DNA of 64,000 bases, taken from Phoronis australis. Lineage: Eukaryota > Animalia > Phoronida. The number at the start of each line of letters is the position of its first letter. Position 1 is the first letter of the stretch. Below the pieces are notes generated by a model. It made no database searches. It was not told the DNA's origin and was given only the letters and a program-made list of their open reading frames with translations. The position numbers were made by a program, and so were the translations under genes. The DNA lies in the NCBI GenBank assembly GCA_002633005.1, contig NMRA01000039.1, positions 848,335 through 912,334 on the forward strand, in the 5' to 3' direction. Shown here piece by piece: positions 1 through 13,339 of this stretch.

Positions 1-3000
1 AGCTGTTCCATTATCCTTGCAATGTTTCAGTCCCTTAGCTTAGGGTAGGTTCAGAATAGTGAATGAATGGCTTACCTTCATCACAACAGGGACTGAGATC
101 TAGACCCAATGTTAAAATAGGAGCTCATACTACCCCCACCCCAGATCACTAACACAACACCCTATGAACTGTGGCAGACCAGTGAAATTTCCTGTAGCAC
201 CAAACGAATGTTGGTTCCATGTTCATACTCTGTAACACAGGTACCACCGGACATTACTTTGAAAAGTATGGGCATACGCAACAATTTTACCGAGTCTTTG
301 AAAAATAAAAAGGGCAATTTTGATAATCATTTTTTGTCCAAAATTGGTGAGATTCAACCATAAGCTACATCTCCATCCTTGGTCAATTATTATTATTATT
401 TACAGTAACAAGTGCCCAATAGTCTTAGATTCACTGAAAACCCTTCACAGCTAACAAAATACAAAGGTCATCCTCTTTCAAAACAAACCCCATAAAACAA
501 ATAAATTTATCAGATCATCTTTCAGAGCCTACAAGCCAAACATGGCTGGCAACTGAAATGTTTTCTCATTTTTTCCATGAGATAAGTGGCACCAAAGTAA
601 TGCTTTATGTTCTGCGCCACAACTACCAGCATGGACTTCCACACTGTATAATGCAAGTCCATGCTACCAAACTTGTTCACTAAGGGTCCCAGGTGTAAAA
701 AGCGAGAGTGGCAATGTAGTCCATCTAATCCAGCCTTTTTGTTGTGTTTGCGCAAATACAGAGTTGGATTGTGCTCCTGGGAGTTGTGAGAATACAGTTG
801 GTTGGATACCCTTGTAAATATTATGGTTCTTCTAGGCGACCAACATTGCATTCATTCAACCTGGGATACTGATACACAATAGAAGATAAGTGATAAACAG
901 TAAGATTAGCCTGAGGGTCTCTCTCCATCACTCAGGTTCATTGGCACCATATGTTGCCATTCTATACATACCTAGACAGAAACAAAAAGGCCGGATTTGC
1001 ATGAAGGGAGACTGACCACTGGTGATCTGTGGTATATATTCTTCAATTAAAGATGAAAGAGCCGCTATGGCCAAAAAAGCGTAGTTGATTCTGGTCTGTA
1101 CCGAGACTCATTTTGAGACCTGTGCTCACATCAATTTCAGCCAGGGTGGTCTCGTGATTTTTTGAAAAGCTGCATGAAGGCACGTAGGCAAGATTTGTCA
1201 TGCAATGGATAAAACAAATTTCCCCTAATAATTTTTGCTCACCTCAGGAGCATTTTCTATTTTTGAAAAAGTGAACAACTGAAAAATAATTGCACCAACG
1301 ACTTGATGTTCAAAAATTGACCAGGCTCAACTAAAATGAGCTTGTCTGGCTTATTTTTTGCCATTTTACGAAGGTATACTAAATTAAACTGTAAATGTTC
1401 GACTGAAAAGACAAATGCAGCTCCCTTCATGATACTGCACCATAAATTGAAGAACATTTATGTAAGTAAAAGCAAACTAAACATCAGTTAGTTTGGCAGC
1501 GATACCAAAATCCACCCAACACCCTAAGTATCCCTCACAGACTTCACAGTCTACAGTAACAGTTGATAACTAAGCCATAGGAGTTGATTAAGAGACATGA
1601 TCAGGCACGCCTTTCCCACAAACACCTGAATAAAAAGCCATAAATGTCACTATAACAAAAAGAAACGATGATCAAATTCACATAAACATCCGAAAGAGTG
1701 TTTTTCATCTTAAAATCAAATTTTCTCACAATCGCATTTTTTTCGTAAGAGTGCATACAATGTGTGTCACTTGTTTACAAAGTGGAATAAATAACAACCA
1801 ATTGAGCAGCAGTGATCTCTTCAGAGGCCTACACCCCAGGAAAAGTAGGTCAATTATCACCATGGTGCATAATTAATGAGCGATTTGCATATTGCAATGC
1901 TTGGCAGTGATTGACGGCATCTCACTAGAGAAGATGACACTCGAAAGTCATTGTGGTCGATCAGAAGATCAAAATGTTAGCAAAGTTAATTCTCGACCGG
2001 TGATAGCAAAGTTTAGCAAGTCAAATGGAAATGAATTGATATTTTATCCAGACAAATTAACATTAGGCTACAATAGAATACAAATAGAAAGGAACAAGCA
2101 CCGCTTCAGAGGAACGTGACCTGTGGACATTTTAATGAAAACTCGCCTGAAGCAAACCAGGAGAAAAAAAGAGAACTATGGACTCTGAAAGAAACTTTGG
2201 ACTTAAGTCAAAATAATTAGTGGGCATAGAAGTTCAGACTATGGATCTAGACCCAAGCATTTTCAGACTCAACAAACATGTGGTTACACCATGGGAAGAG
2301 CACAATGCCAACAGCCAAAAATATCTAGTAGTTTCATACAGCATGGCAGTGGTTCAAGGAAATCCGAAAAAAAATTTGCGAAATTTGCTACACGGCACTG
2401 GTAGAAATGTATGAACTCAGATAGCAAATGCCACCACACACATGAGAGGCCTCCCACCCAACATAAAGAGAGTCCTTTCTTCACAAGCACCACCTAGAGT
2501 GCGAGTGTCTCGCTACTAATGGTCTAATTTAGACTGCATGCAGCGAGACGCTCATACACTAGCACCGTCTAATCCAAGCACAACTTGTAGGAGTACCGCA
2601 CAACTCTAGATTATAAAATCGGTTGAGATGAGCACACCAGCACCACCTGTTGCTGTTTTTCACCATAAGATCCACCGCACAGACTGCGCCCAGAACAAAG
2701 TACACTGTGGGCTTGCGAATAACTGCCAGTTTGATATCAAGCTCATAAAACTGCCGGCGACATCTTGTGACCTTTGTCTGGAGATATAACGAAACGCCAG
2801 TTCTTTCCAAGATGCAAAATTACACCTATTTTGACTAGGGAACAATTCGAGACTTACGTATTTCGTTCGTACCTTATGTGGCCTAAACTAACATTCGTCG
2901 AAAGTACTGTGTTGAACATACTCCCTTGTTTTTAACAACTGTATCAGAAGTGATGCCCCCAGAGCCTTAAGAACACGTTCCCTTGAGTTAAAGTTGCAAT

Positions 3001-3196
3001 TTCACCCCGAATTACCTGTGCTTGGACTTGTCATTGGTCAAAACTTCAACAATTGTGATTGCACACAAAAAACAACAGCATAGTGACAGGAATGACACAA
3101 AATTCATTTTTGCACACCTTTTTCTCGTTTACTGCTTTAAAGTATTTCAATTTCCAATTTTCTTGCAATTTTATTATTGCTTGGCTTAAAGTTATA

Positions 3197-3549
3197 TGGT
3201 AAAAGTTCTCCCATTTGGAAAAGTGAAAAATTAATGATTTTGCTCAAGTTCAGAGTTTATACCACTAAAATTTGAAATTTTCGAAATGGGCAATATTGGC
3301 CACCCCAAATTTAAGAAATACAATCAACATCAGGTAGTCATTAACCTCGGTGTCACACATACGATTTCATGAACTGCCAAGTCCATTTTCACATTCTGTT
3401 GATACATAACGTGTTGGCCGATAATTGAGAACCATGATAAACCACAAAATCAGTCATGTCCCAATCATCCAAATCAAGAAAAAATAATTTCAGCACAAAT
3501 TTTGGTGTCTAAACCATAGAGACTGTCCCAAGCTGCAGCATTTTTACAG
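3197..3549. mobile_element. Diverged copy of the 4006-4300 MITE family
   Basis: ggtaaaagttctcccattt...gactgtcccaagctgcagcatttttacag; shares internal segments with 4006-4300. Confidence 0.55.
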
Positions 3550-4005
3550 TAAATATTGAGCGCTGCATCAGTGGATTAAAAATGACCAACTTTGAAATAC
3601 GACAAAATGAGAATGCAGTGGTTTATTTTAAGTGAAAAAGTAACACCCATACCAAGGATTATTTTAGAAAAACGTGGGTGTGGGTGAACTGACCCACAGG
3701 GCCTCAAGTCTGTGGGTCAATTTGGAGGACAGGTGGGCCATGTTAGTTATTTGAACTTTTGTGCTTCCAATTTTAATGGGCCCCTTGACCCGAGCTAAGA
3801 AATCACAGTGCGTCAATGACAATTTCTGCGCCAATGACACAGGGTGTCCTCCAACAATTATCCAGGCTATACACAGTACCACCTTAGAAAACAACGCCAT
3901 TGTGTGAAACTGGATCTCCCAAAGTACATTCGTATCATTTAAGCATTCAAAAAACCTTTAACCTTCAAGCACCAATAAACCCAACTTCATCGGTCAAAGA
4001 ACCTT

Positions 4006-4300
4006 CAGTAAAAATTCTCCAATTTAGGACAGTGAGAAATTAATAATTTTTTTGCCCAAGGTCGGGTCTCGTCCCAAATTCTAGAAATAGACAATATTGG
4101 TCGTCCTAAATTCAAGAGTCACCAAAATGACGGCAAAGTTTCCCACTCTGCACACTGAAAACACATTGTCCACAATTTTAAGAAATATGGTGAACGCCAA
4201 AATAGCCCTCGTCTGAAATTACAGAATGAAAATTCAATCTTAGCGGGAATTTCCGTGTCCCAAATTCTAGAGACTGTCCCAAACTGGAGAATTTTTACCG
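4006..4300. mobile_element. MITE with C(A/G)GTAAAAATTCTCCA termini (Tc1/mariner-pogo-like); related copy at 3197-3549, fragments near 43970 and 59770
   Basis: cagtaaaaattctccaattt...aaactggagaatttttaccg|ta. Confidence 0.65.
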
Positions 4301-5577
4301 TACTTTCAATTTAGACCTCTATGAAACTGGTCCTGTGGCGACTCATTCACAAGTGGGGTCTCAACTACATTCCCTGACACTGCAAATTTAAGTTCATTGC
4401 TGCCTGGGCTATTAACTTTGACATATACCCCAGAGTAAATTATAGTTGCATTTTCAATATTATTGAAATAAATAGGGACAAAGTCCTTAAATTAGGGGTG
4501 TTGAATGAAAAGGTCCCTATTTATTTTCAATGGAATATGGACTAAAGTTTTCAGATACATTTTGGAAAATGTCAAGAAGTAAACTAGAAATCAAGATAAA
4601 GATGAAGTGAATAATAGAAAGGTACTGAGTATACAGTCTACAAATGCGCTGAAAAATTAGGGAACATAGCTCAGCCCCTATTGGGACTGTTGCATGCAAC
4701 CGGACACTAGTGTCAGCAAGAACTGACGGTTTGGTCTTGCTTGAGATCATGCGTGACACAGAAAATGAGGAAAAATGATGCACTCATCGTTGTTTTTCGA
4801 CACAGTTGGTAGCAGATTGCGAATTGAAAAAATGTCGTAAGTCATCAATGTCATAGTAGGAGATGAGAATGTCAAACATTTACAGCAAAGCATAACAAAT
4901 CGTGCAATTTTAGTGATTTTCGTGGTTATTTTGTGAACTGATCGACCAGCAGCCACTGCACCAGAGTACCAACTACCAACTCAAGCTAGTTCCCTTAAAT
5001 TACACGACACTGACTGACTGAATGCTCAGTATCCGCTTGAAGTCTGGTTCCCCAGCAGGTTGCAAATGAGTCACTTGCAAGTTGTTTGATAATTTATAGT
5101 GAGCAAAGAGGTTACACAAACTTCTTTGTGTGTGGGTGCATTTGAAATAGGATATGTGCAACTCTATGAAAAATTTTAGGTTGTCTTGATTGATTGATGG
5201 CAGATAATTAGTCTTTACAGGCGACTAAGTCAACACATCACTCATTGGTTGAAAAATAATAGAAACTCCAAGAAGAACCAATCAGCGGGTACAAAATAAG
5301 AAGCGAGTATTCAGGTACTAAATAAATGTAAAGCAGTGATGGCACAGCATCAGTATGCAAGTGTGGGGAATGTGCACCTTGACTACACAGCATTGTGGGT
5401 AAATACCACAGAATCAGAGAGGGCGCTGTAGTGCATCGGTAAGTGGCTACTGTATACAGTACAATTTATTTCAGGACTAGAATGTTGCAACTGAGCGCAC
5501 GTTATCAACCACGCTCGCAGAACCACAGTTCCACTCTACCTCTCAGGGCTTGGAATGACATACGACAAACAAGAACA

Positions 5578-5810
5578 AAATTTTCCAGGTGATGTATCAT
5601 TCCACAAGTAGGCTTGTGTAATAGAAAAAAAAAATTTTTGCATCAATAAAGTGAAAATAATGATAAAAAAGATGAAAAAAGAGGAAACTGGAAATCAAAT
5701 AAGAGGAAATCGAAACCAAAGAGGAAACTGGAAATTAAATAAGAGGAAATCGAAACCAAAAGAGGAAATCCTCTTAAAAGAGGAAAATTTCAAGCCCGTT
5801 GACAAGCAAA
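5578..5810. repeat. Dispersed repeat with internal aagaggaaa subrepeats; second copy at about 33284-33497
   Basis: Shared ttttccaggtgatgtatcattccacaa and aaagaggaaatcctc.taaaagaggaaa. Confidence 0.6.
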
Positions 5811-8680
5811 GCTACAGTAATAACTTAGCAGAGTAACAACCCTGGATAATCCATAATTTAACTATGCTAGCTCTGCTCATATAATCAATACACGGACTCC
5901 TTCCTGAAGTACGGTAATCGTGCATCAATTGACAGTGAGCTAAGCGGAAAGTCTAGGTAAAGGATAATAGGAAGACAAGAGAATTGATAACCAGATAAAT
6001 CTCACCTGTTGACAAACATTGCAACAGCAACAGGCAGTGTGAAAGGTTGGTTTACTCCCACTTTCCCCTCCCTCAAGAAAATACAGGCGTTAAGCCATGA
6101 AACTTAATCAATCCCACGAGCCTTTCCAGTACTTGAACGGAATCCGATGTCTCTTTGATGTCCAAAAATGCTGGCGTTTGCTTTAATTTAACAAATTCCC
6201 CACTGTTCAGTTCAGTTGTGGCTATTCCTTTGTGTTGAGGTTGGGGGTACTCCCTCAGAAGAGGCATACTAGTGCACTCAGAAGGGTGACTTTTTCACAA
6301 CCAGTTTTCCTATGAAAGGGTGCCTTTTTGGCATTACTACCTTCTAAAGGGTATCTTTCTAACACAATTCATTACAAAAGGGTTCACTTTAGTGCTGGTA
6401 CTCCTGAAGCAAGTGATCAGTGGGTTTAGTAGCAGAATGGACGTTATTTGTACTCAGGGGCAGCTCGAAACACGAGCAACAACTGGAGCTTATCAAGGAT
6501 GGGTAACTTGTTCTAAGATAACTTGACCCAGTCCCACTTGTAGCAGCGTGGATACAAACCTGTAGACAAGGCTGCTTAGTTTAGTTAGAATCCTCTTTGC
6601 ATCATTTTTATTCAAGGTGTAGGGTGTAATTGTCTCGACGCTAGGCTTACTGGGGGGACAAGTTGTTCTAGGACAAGTTGTACGGTGGATAAGACTTTCG
6701 GGTGCTCTAAATTCTACAAAAGGTCCGTTTACCCAACCACAGAAATCTACAGGTTTCTCATATTTATGATTTATATAATAACTTTTTTTGCAAATGATGT
6801 ACTAATTTTTAACAAAGAGCATCTCATCTTGTACTATTTCAGGCTAAATCGGTTAAAAATTGAGCTGACCGTGAATCTCTACAACTCTACAATAGCCTAA
6901 GTTAAGATAATTAACCCTAACAAATGGGAGGTGTTTCGGAAATAAAAACCCAACATCAGAAGGGTGACCGCTACATCAAAAGGGTGACCTTTTCATGGGA
7001 GCTCCATACTAATCATCAGAGGGTTCCTTTCTTCATGTCTACATGAGTGGGTATCCCACATTTCTAGCTGCACCCCGTCCCCATCAAAAATATAGACGAT
7101 TACCCACCAGGCTGATGCTGAGACATTTGCAGGGAACATTTATAAAAAGAAAGCGTTCTTTCAATAGAGTAGGGACTACTGAGTGAAGGTCAAAGTTCCA
7201 AGAGCTACAAGAATTTATAACAAAGAAGTGCAGCTTCGACTTCTGTAATTACATGCGTACAGCAAAGTTCCTAGTTGAACTGTTTCCTTCTACATAATTG
7301 AGTAAATTGCTGTCACGTACTCAGAAACTAGACCTACACAACCACTCTTGGGTCACCAATAAAATGGATACCCTAGACAACACGAAATGATGACATGTCC
7401 CTCTACTATGACTTCAGACTGGTGATGATCGCTGACTCTGATACCTATAACAATAGCCCTACTTGTGTAAAATACATTGTTCTCGTAAGATCAAAATCAA
7501 ACTAACATCTTCATTTTACACCCCGTTCACCTTCTCCAAACTCATAGAATGACCAAGAAGCTATACATCTGAATAGCCATGTGCATAAATTTATATAAAA
7601 ACAGACCCGCCCAACAATTGCCCTCATTATACACCCCTGTTGAATGACACAGTACAAGGGACACAATGTTGTTCTCAGACTTGAAAAGCACCTTAGCTTT
7701 CCCTTATAATAGATGAATAGCATTCATATACAGCTATAAAAACATAACATCCTGCTCACATGTCAGGCGAAGTGCTAGTCCCAAAACAGGTAACAAAAAA
7801 GTCTCTAACACACACTATCCTAAGTGAAAATAAAACTTTGTAAAATAAAATCAAATAATAATGTACTGAAGAAATTAACATTTTAGGGCTACAACTATTT
7901 GAAATGAGCTAAGCGTAACAAAGAAAACATTTCTGATTTCAAGGCAAGTTGAACTAATGACATTGGCTTTCAAGCACTGCTTTTAACAAACTTATATAGA
8001 TCCAGTAATGTGGAACAAGAAACTTAAAAGTGCAGTGTTTTAAACAGAACTTTAAGTTATACATCTGATGAAAAGCCTTACAACCACTCCCAGCAAAAAA
8101 TAATGGTTGGCGAGGTTTCTGTTCATAGATGCGAGATGTCTAGACAATCAATGACAATGTACATCATAACAACAATAATAAACATAACATTTAGGTAGTC
8201 GGCTGGTAAGAGATCAAACAGTATCTGTTTCAGGCATTAACCAAATTCCAATGCTGCAATTCTCACTCTCACTCCCACAAAAATCACCTCCGTCAGCTGG
8301 GTCAAATAACCCGACGTGTTTTCGGTCGAGGAAAGGAGACCCACCCCCTTTGCAAATACAGTAAAAGGGATTGTAAGACTGTGAAATCCTCTATAACGAG
8401 GTAAATAGCCCATGTACTATATTTGAAGTAACAGAACTCGTTCAAAACTTCCAGGGATCTAACACAAAATCACGATCACTTAATAGACGCAAGACTCCAA
8501 CTTCGATGGGTCACAAAAGTCAAATTGAACTGAATATACATGGTCAACAGTGGTGATCGTATTTCATCAAAAACTTTTTGTATAAACTGTGTAAACGGTC
8601 TTGCCCATAGCAACTTCACCAGTGGACAAACAACTACAATACCTGCATCAGAAATTTTGAAACAAGAAATTTAAATTTAC

Positions 8681-9020
8681 CTGGTTTCATGTCCACTTTC
8701 TATGAATTACTTTTGCGTAACTGTCACACAGGAAATAGTAGCAATCGAGTTTATCAACGGAATTACACGATAAATAACGGAAATATCCGAGCGATATTTC
8801 GAAGAAAACACTAAGATTCCTACCGGCTGTCGGCCGGAGTGCGGTGTACGCAGTAGCATGAAACGAACCTTTTCACGCGTCGCTTCATTAAAAGCGTCAG
8901 TTCTATTGAACAATGATATCAAAAATACAAATAAATATAACGGTAACGCCGTGCTTCAAACGCATCAGGCAATGTGCGACTTCGGTCAATACCGGCATCA
9001 GGAGACCGAGCGTGCATAGT
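8681..9020 (-). promoter_or_regulatory. Possible promoter and first exon of an unidentified minus-strand gene running off the left edge
   Basis: CpG-rich patch followed on the minus strand by ATGAAACCAG|gtaaat (donor at 8680); sequence to the left looks CpG-poor; further minus-strand donors at 6005 and 75. Confidence 0.35.
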
Positions 9021-9540
9021 CCTATATATGATTACACAAGTGTAGGAGAAAGAGATACAAATGCAAATAATGATTGCTTCACTTCAATTCAAAACCAAGA
9101 CAACAGCAGTAATATTTTTCATAGTAGTTATGTTTACTTTTCTCTGAGATGCATGACTGTGCAAAATACGAATGATCCATCATGATGTCGGGAAAAAGTT
9201 CTTGGTTTCAGCTAGGTTTCAGTGAAAAAAATCAGAATAAACATCGTCCAAGTTCATTGCTACTGCTCAACTCTACCACTCAAGGATTTGAATTGAGACT
9301 ATGATACCATTAATCAGACATTACCCTCTGGTTTGACAATAATCATATGTTTGCCAATGCTGAAAAATTCAAAGCCGTCCGAGGCACTCTCTATAGTCAG
9401 ACGCAGATAAGCCTATACTCAGCGATTCCGAAAAAATCTTTATGTTGGAACGAATAGAAGTGTGAGAATTCTGTTAAACTGTTGAAAGTACACATTGATG
9501 TCTTGGGGTGGCTGTTTTCAAGCATATGAATCAGATAGAC

Positions 9541-10457
9541 CATAGGCGGATTTAGGGGGGGACAGGGGGCCCGCCCCCCCCCCNNNNNNNNNNNNNNNNN
9601 NNNNNNNNNNNNNNNNNNNNNNNNNNNNNNNNNNNNNNNNNNNNNNNNNNNNNNNNNNNNNNNNNNNNNNNNNNNNNNNNNNNNNNNNNNNNNNNNNNNN
9701 NNNNNNNNNNNNNNNNNNNNNNNNNNNNNNNNNNNNNNNNNNNNNNNNNNNNNNNNNNNNNNNNNNNNNNNNNNNNNNNNNNNNNNNNNNNNNNNNNNNN
9801 NNNNNNNNNNNNNNNNNNNNNNNNNNNNNNNNNNNNNNNNNNNNNNNNNNNNNNNNNNNNNNNNNNNNNNNNNNNNNNNNNNNNNNNNNNNNGAAGCCTT
9901 AGTGAATCACTCAGAAACTCGCAATACTCTCTTTGTCAAACCTTATGTTAAGACGATTTCCAAAGCAATCCCGTCATTATTGCCAACACGAAAAACGGAT
10001 TTGGTCTTTTGGGCATTTGAAGACTATTTTAAATACGACAAATTTGTTAAGAATCGATGGCATAAAACGTGTAATAAGCATTACAAAAAGAAGTAGGTTT
10101 CGCGCGCAAACCCTGTGGACCATAAACAAGTAGATCTCTTAATATGAGAATAGTAGTTACATTGTGGTGGTGTAGCGGTAACGCTCGTGCGCACTGTGCG
10201 CAAGGTCGAGTGTTCGAGTCTTTGGTACTTGCAGTTTTTCCTGTTTGACACGTTCTCTTTTTTGTTTTGCCTTTTTTCTTGGATAATACTTCAGGAATCA
10301 AGGAAAATGGTTCATTTTTAGAGGTAAAAACAGAAAAATTTCCCGACCTCCCCCCATTCGGTGCTATGCGCATCTACAATCGTGGTTCAGTTTGCGCAAA
10401 TGTTTACAGCCGGACAAAATGTTGGCCCCCCCTTGTGATATCCTAGATCCGCCACTG
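9541..10457. mobile_element. MITE with CA(G/T)(T/A)GGCGGAT termini and G/C tracts, spanning a gap; apparent 5-bp TSD
   Basis: cataggcggat...atccgccactg with tagac on both flanks; continuity across the N gap is unverified. Confidence 0.55.
10163..10225 (+). pseudogene. tRNA-derived head (SINE remnant or tRNA pseudogene)
   Basis: A-box-like TGGTGTAGCGG and B-box-like GTTCGAGTC at tRNA-like spacing; no acceptor stem pairing seen. Confidence 0.35.
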
Positions 10458-13165
10458 TAGACGCTTGCCCTCTCCAGTGTTTTGCTTCCAGACATCTGCC
10501 TTATGAGGTGTGGGGAAAACACTCTATGTATTAATTGTAAGGTTCTCCACCAGGGGGTATCTTGATGTAACAACTGAGTTATGTATAGGATGTTGCCAAG
10601 ATCTCATCTTTATTAATGAATTAAGTCGCCATATACGCCAAGCTTGTGAATGCAAATTTTGCCTACACTGTCAAATACTGTTTTCCAATTCTTAATAAGT
10701 CATGTATGTCGGTTTGTATTCTTTCTGTCAGGTACATAGCCCTTCTACTACCTCTCGTTACTTGGCGGAATTCTGGGAATTCCGTCAAGTATGTTGGTCT
10801 GACACCAAGTTTTTTTGTTCGCTCTCTACAGGTCGCAATTTTCGTCCGATTTTCATTTTATGGTATCGGTCACTAGCACTTGTGCTACTGTTTTGCTGTT
10901 AACCTGTTCTATATTGATGTAAAATGAACATTTTACTTGCTATTTACTTACTTTCTTGGCCTGACACAACTTGCAAGGGCACCTCACCCGTACCGACCAA
11001 CAAAAAATCGCGACGAGAGCATTTCAGTTAATAAATGCGCGCACCCAGCTTACTAAAAAATGGGGGGCTCGAATTTGTGAGAATGTGGACATTTTACTCA
11101 GTAAGATTCGTGGGATTCGTTCAGAGCTATGAATTGTGGATTCGACGAATTGTGGTAGTTAATTCCTGCCTTTTTAGTGGGCTTTTGTCTCGCCTTCTAC
11201 TTTTTTGGAGTTTTCGTTTCTCTGAGGCGGAGTTTTGCCCACTTCGCCAAATGGGGGGGGGGCTCGAGCCCCTCGATCACCCCCTTCGGGTGCGCGCATG
11301 TAACACACGCTTCAAAATGTAGAAAAAATTGAACGGTATTTCATTCAAGTTTTTCATTCTGTGAAGTGACGACGAAAAAATAAACGAACAAGTCACAACG
11401 GGTATGAACCGTGTCCCATGTGCACTATGAGCCCTAGACGCCGGTGAACAAGTTGAATCTTTTCGAGGAGTACTTTTAAACGAATCTTCGTTCTTGTTCA
11501 GCATTTATCGCATTTTCTCGTAATTCAGTTAGTAACGAACCATTGCAATAGCGTTACGTCAATACACGGATCAAGAAAACATGCGACCCTAACTCAACGC
11601 CTCTTGTCCGTCGGTGAAGGCCAAAACCTTGAACTTCTGAACACGGCCAGTGCGCCGTCCAATCATTCGTGTATTTCAAGACGAAACGACGATATGGAAA
11701 AGTTTATTTGACATTCAATTCCATATTCTTCATTAAAATAAAAATTTCTGATATTTGCGCCCCCCTGTAACCGTTGATTACGAGTATGCAAAAATTCTAA
11801 GTATAACTGCAATAGTATTTAAAGACAAAAATGGATTTAGTGTCTCATAGGAGTCACAAAATAACAATTGAAGACGAACACACGAAGGTAGCTTCAATGA
11901 TATTTTATGAATCAATCGTGAATTTCGGGTGCTTAAATCCCTCAAATTTTAGCGATTCGACCCAATTTCAGTCGAGACAAGATTATTTTAAGTGTGTAAC
12001 CAAACAACTAACAACCTTCAGATAAAACACAAAATCTCAATTATCACAACATGAAATTTTATGTTTTTGATAAGAGACTCAGGACAGGTACAGCCGCATC
12101 ACTTGTTGATGGGTCGATAAATGAATTTTCTTTCTCGTTCAGTATTTGTAGGAAGTCGGCAACCAGCCCTAGCCTTCCATTCGTCAGAAGTAATACGAAA
12201 CGCAGAGACCATACGGCTCTTGTACAACTTACCTTTGTATCTGTAAAACAGAGAAGAAAAGCTGTGCGAGAGTTGTGTAGTGTACCGCCCAGTGAGACCA
12301 AAGTCAACTCAGTGGGACTGATGATCACGAACCGATCTCGTTACCGTAGTACTCCTGATAGACGCCTCGACCGTGAAAATCGTCATTGTTTTATTCCCAC
12401 TGCCAGACCATTGAGTAAGATTCCCTAGACAATTTCTAAAAATGGCATGATTTAAAAAAATGTTCATGAAAAATTAAAGGCTTTCACAATTTTTGGCATC
12501 TTTTGGAATATCTTTTTCAGTGACTTCCCTACTTAAGTGGTGACCTGGGATTGTGAGCGTGGGAGTAATGGATGTCTGAGTGATAGGCATTTTGTAAACC
12601 ATTCCTGTACACTCTGTATTATTTGACGGAGTGGAATATAATAAAATGACAGTTAACATATCAAAAGTTTCAATAAAAAACCCATTTTGTTAATTACGCA
12701 CCGGAATGTGCGGCGCTTTGGCCATGCCTCTTTCATTGAAAGTCAGACTAAACGCTACAATGAGCATTGCTTAGGTATGGTGTAACTTATATCTAATACA
12801 CCCCGTTTCACACTATGCGCCGAGCGTCGAAGGGCGGTCACAAAAATGAATTATGAAGAATAACCTTACCCTTTTGCCATTTATGGTTATACTGTGGTCG
12901 GAATGGAGGTGTATTTTTTTCTTACCAAACCGATTCATTCTTATTTCATCTTATTTAATATGAAACAAAAAGAGTATGTTTAATGTTAAGCCGTAGGTAA
13001 GTCAAGCTGAAAAACGTGCTTTATTTCCTAGTTCGGCAAATCTCAACCAAAAGGCTCCATTCGGTTCATATTCTTTCGTGAGTAACTTGCCGTATCATAG
13101 AACCAAAAACGAAGGGTTCCACCCCAAGCCATAGACCCTAACCATAGTTTAGTGAAAGACTTGAG

Positions 13166-13339
13166 CAAGGGCGGATCCAGGATTTTGAGTTAGGAGGGTG
13201 GGGGGCAGGGCAGAGTGTTATCCAGGATTTTGCCCGTCAGACATTCGCACCTCCGAACTGCCTGATGGAATTTGGGAGAATGAGAATTTTAGGGGGGGGG
13301 GGGCATGGCCCCCTTGGCCCCCCTCTAAGTCCGCCACTG
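13166..13339. mobile_element. Short MITE of the same terminal family
   Basis: caagggcggatcc...gtccgccactg; flanks ttgag and ttgaa. Confidence 0.65.

Noticed and set aside
522-8922. Short ORFs in the left part of the window
   Set aside because: No recognisable domains and no consistent exon chain; probably intron and repeat sequence.
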